NCBI GenBank assembly: GCA_000091205.1 | Contig: AP006500.2 | Source of the DNA: Cyanidioschyzon merolae | Lineage: Eukaryota | Reading direction: 5' to 3' (one strand) | Length of the DNA: 64,000 nt | Shown: positions 61,691 through 64,000 of the stretch, in pieces | Position numbering within the stretch: the stretch's first letter is position 1 | How the letters are laid out: the number at the start of each line of letters is the position of its first letter | The notes under the pieces: generated by a model | The model's database searches: none | Seen by the model: only the letters and a program-made list of their open reading frames with translations | Told to the model about the DNA's origin: nothing | Translations under genes and position numbers: made by a program

Positions 61691-63898
61691 CTAGTTTTTC
61701 GCTCCGACGATGCTCCTGCGTTTGCTTAGCACCTTAAACATGCGTATGCTTTGTGGTGTGACTTCGACAAACTCGTTTTCACCGCTGATGTATTCAAGCG
61801 CATCGTCTAGCGTGAGCGTGCGAATCCCCTGCAACGTTTTCACGACCTCTTTGGTTGCGCTGCGATGATTCGTCAGCTGTTTCACCCGACAGACGTTCAC
61901 TCGCAAATCCTCCGGATACTTATTCTCGCCAACAATTTGGTTTTCATAGACTTCAGCACCTGGCGCGACAAACAACTGGCCGCGTTCTTGCGCAGCCTCG
62001 ACGCCATAGGTGGTCACTCGACCAGTCTCGTGGGCGAGCAGTGAGCCAACTTCCCGCAGTCGAACCTGACCCACGTAGGGCCGGTACGCTGCAAACGATG
62101 TATGAATGATTGCGGTGCCCCGAGTCAGGGTCAGGAGAGCATTGTTCAGACCAAATAATCCGCGCGTTGGTACGATATACTCCACAATACTGTACTGCTC
62201 ATTGTCCTGACTGTGCGTGAGGTTCAACATTTCTCCCCGTCGCTTGGCCAGCGCGTCCACCACCGCGCCCAGATACTCCTCGGGAATTTGAACCTCGACG
62301 TGATCAAACGGTTCAAGAGGCGTATTCGTTTCCGGGTCCATTTTAAAGATGACCTCAGGAGCACCCACAATCATTTCGAATCCTTCTCGTCTCATGGATT
62401 CGATGAGGATTGTCAAATGCAGTGCTCCTCGGCCGCAGATGGTAAACGAGTCCGCCTTTTCGCCATCTTGAATCCGTAAGGCTACATTGGTACGCGTCTC
62501 GCGTTCTAGACGCTCGCGAAGTTGCCGGCTGGTGAGGAATCGTCCCTCGCGCCCCGCAAAGGGCGTCGTATTGATCGCCAAGGACATGCGCACTGTGGGC
62601 TCCTCAATCTGCACGGGTGGCAGCAGCCGCGGATCGGCAGCATCACAGATCGTTTCGCCGATGCGGATGTCGTCTACACCAGCAACCATGACAATGTCGC
62701 CAGCGTGCGCGCTCTCCGCGCTCACTCGACCGAGATTCTCGAAAAGGAACACCTCATCCACGCGGGCGGTCCGAAGTTCCGCCTCGTCCTTTGCAGGCGT
62801 GCCAACGCGGACAGTTGCACCTTTGCGCAGTGTTCCCGCGTGAATGCGCCCGATGCCAAGAATACCTTTGTAATCGTCGCTGCTAATGTTGGAGACAAGT
62901 AACTGCAGGGGCGCATCTAGTGCGACTCTCGGGCGCGGCAGTCTAAGGATCTCTTCGAACAGGGGTCCCATGTCGTTCGCCAGCTGGTCCGGTGCATACC
63001 CAGCAACGCGCTTCAGCGCTGACGCATACACCACCGGAAAGTCGGCCTGCTCATCCGACGCACCCAGCTCCACAAACAAATCAAAGGTTTTGTTCACGAC
63101 GAAAACAGGTCGGGCAGCGGGGCGATCGATCTTGTTCACAACGACAAGAACGCGTTGGCCCAGGCGCAACGCCTCCCTTAGAACATAACGGGTCTGCGGG
63201 CGTGGACCCTCGACGGAATCGACCACGAGGAGCATCGCATCCGCCATGGAGAGGACTCGCTGCACCTCACCGCCAAAGTCTGCGTGACCCGGCGTATCGA
63301 TCACGTTGATGCGGACTCCACGGTACACGACTGCAGTATTCTTGGACAAGATGGTGATGCCTCGCTCGCGTTCTAGCTCGTTACTATCCATGACAAGACT
63401 AGAAACAGTCTGGTTTTCGCGGAAGACTTTTGCGTGGTGCAGAATTGCATCGACCAGCGTCGTTTTCCCGTGATCAACGTGGGCACAAATGGCAATGTTA
63501 ATAACGTCGTTGCGGGTTTTCAGTGCAGCTGACGCACGTGCAATAGCCTCTGGTATCGCAGAGGTGGTGCGCTCCGCCTGCGCTCGCAAGGCGCGTACCT
63601 GAAGCGTGTGTCGTGCGCTCCGCGGCAGCTGCCGAAAGCTCACTGGACGCCAACCGGGCCGACCAAACGACGTTGAACGATGCCAGAAAGAAGAATTTGG
63701 GCAGACTATAGTCTTTGGCAAAGAAAGATGACCGCTTGGCACAAAGCCGCTCAGTTTATGGGACATGCTTTTTGTTCTCAGGGCGCTGTTAGGAAACACC
63801 GACCGCGTATCCGGCGACCGCTTGTTCCATGCGATTGCCACGGGTGACGGCGGTTCACCGAGGGCCAGCCAGCGACGCAAACTCTGAATTATGGACAT
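61691..63898 (-). CDS. typA: TypA/BipA-type translational GTPase (EF-G/LepA superfamily) with a ~130-aa N-terminal extension (organellar, likely plastid, targeting)
   Basis: G1 …INIAICAHVDHGKTTLVDAIL…; G2/G3 …RGITILSKNTAVVYRGVRINVIDTPGHADFGGEVQRVLSMADAMLLVVD…; G4 …VVVNKIDRP…. Downstream domains have BipA-like layout, …ICGRGALHLTILIESMRREGFEM… and the C-terminal BipA-specific region. The N-terminal 130 aa are S/R/P-rich and non-conserved. Confidence 0.85.
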   Translation of the reverse strand: MSIIQSLRRWLALGEPPSPVAIAWNKRSPDTRSVFPNSALRTKSMSHKLSGFVPSGHLSLPKTIVCPNSSFWHRSTSFGRPGWRPVSFRQLPRSARHTLQVRALRAQAERTTSAIPEAIARASAALKTRNDVINIAICAHVDHGKTTLVDAILHHAKVFRENQTVSSLVMDSNELERERGITILSKNTAVVYRGVRINVIDTPGHADFGGEVQRVLSMADAMLLVVDSVEGPRPQTRYVLREALRLGQRVLVVVNKIDRPAARPVFVVNKTFDLFVELGASDEQADFPVVYASALKRVAGYAPDQLANDMGPLFEEILRLPRPRVALDAPLQLLVSNISSDDYKGILGIGRIHAGTLRKGATVRVGTPAKDEAELRTARVDEVFLFENLGRVSAESAHAGDIVMVAGVDDIRIGETICDAADPRLLPPVQIEEPTVRMSLAINTTPFAGREGRFLTSRQLRERLERETRTNVALRIQDGEKADSFTICGRGALHLTILIESMRREGFEMIVGAPEVIFKMDPETNTPLEPFDHVEVQIPEEYLGAVVDALAKRRGEMLNLTHSQDNEQYSIVEYIVPTRGLFGLNNALLTLTRGTAIIHTSFAAYRPYVGQVRLREVGSLLAHETGRVTTYGVEAAQERGQLFVAPGAEVYENQIVGENKYPEDLRVNVCRVKQLTNHRSATKEVVKTLQGIRTLTLDDALEYISGENEFVEVTPQSIRMFKVLSKRRSIVGAKN

Positions 63899-64000
63899 AC
63901 TTGTTCAAAATATGATACACTTCTCGGGTGCTGCGCTCTCGTGTAAGACGCGTCGCAGCCAGCCCGTCCTCAATCGTCGTATACTACTACCAGACACAAA

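Overview
This window is GC-rich, compact and apparently intron-poor eukaryotic nuclear DNA. Genes alternate between strands at roughly one per 3 kb. Long non-coding-strand ORFs are common (a GC artefact), so the six-frame track over-calls heavily.

Genes I can support from conserved motifs:
- A giant minus-strand ORF occupying positions 1 to about 9075 with no in-frame stop. It is absent from the ORF track because it runs off the window edge. It carries low-complexity tracts and PC-repeat-like (APC1/Rpn2-type) segments.
- NDUFA12 (complex I B17.2).
- An Stm1/HABP4-like RGG protein.
- A NIF/FCP1-homology HAD-domain protein.
- A GHSAGG alpha/beta-hydrolase.
- A TKL/Raf-like protein kinase.
- A CpcS/CpeS-type phycobilin lyase-domain protein.
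- A CYP710/CYP61-like cytochrome P450.
- TAM41/MMP37.
- A two-repeat Myb protein.
- Pirin.
- An MPDU1-like PQ-loop protein.
- A 1996-aa REV3-like B-family DNA polymerase (Pol zeta catalytic subunit).
- A DUF819 polytopic membrane protein.
- A TypA/BipA translational GTPase with an N-terminal extension.
- Several hypothetical proteins.

The CpcS-like lyase, together with plastid-type TypA and DUF819 carrying N-terminal extensions, suggests a phycobiliprotein-containing alga, possibly red-algal-like. This is inference only.

Accessory content:
- Two diverged copies of a roughly 300-400 bp module. Each encodes the C-terminal RuvC-III signature (RDFNAAINI-like) of TnpB/Fanzor-type nucleases and is followed by a conserved hairpin plus T-run. 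Both are embedded in AT-richer DNA.
- In one copy, an 81-bp segment of the module has been amplified to a 5x tandem array.
- A 1.38-kb direct repeat at about 99% identity (24552-25929 and 34333-35710). It brackets the CpcS and P450 genes, and its second copy directly abuts the second TnpB-like module.
- An 88-bp x3.4 tandem repeat immediately upstream of the DUF819 gene.
- Several CAG/GCA/GAY microsatellites, many of them coding.

Coordinates I derived by hand may be off by 1-2 nt. Coordinates taken from the ORF track are exact.
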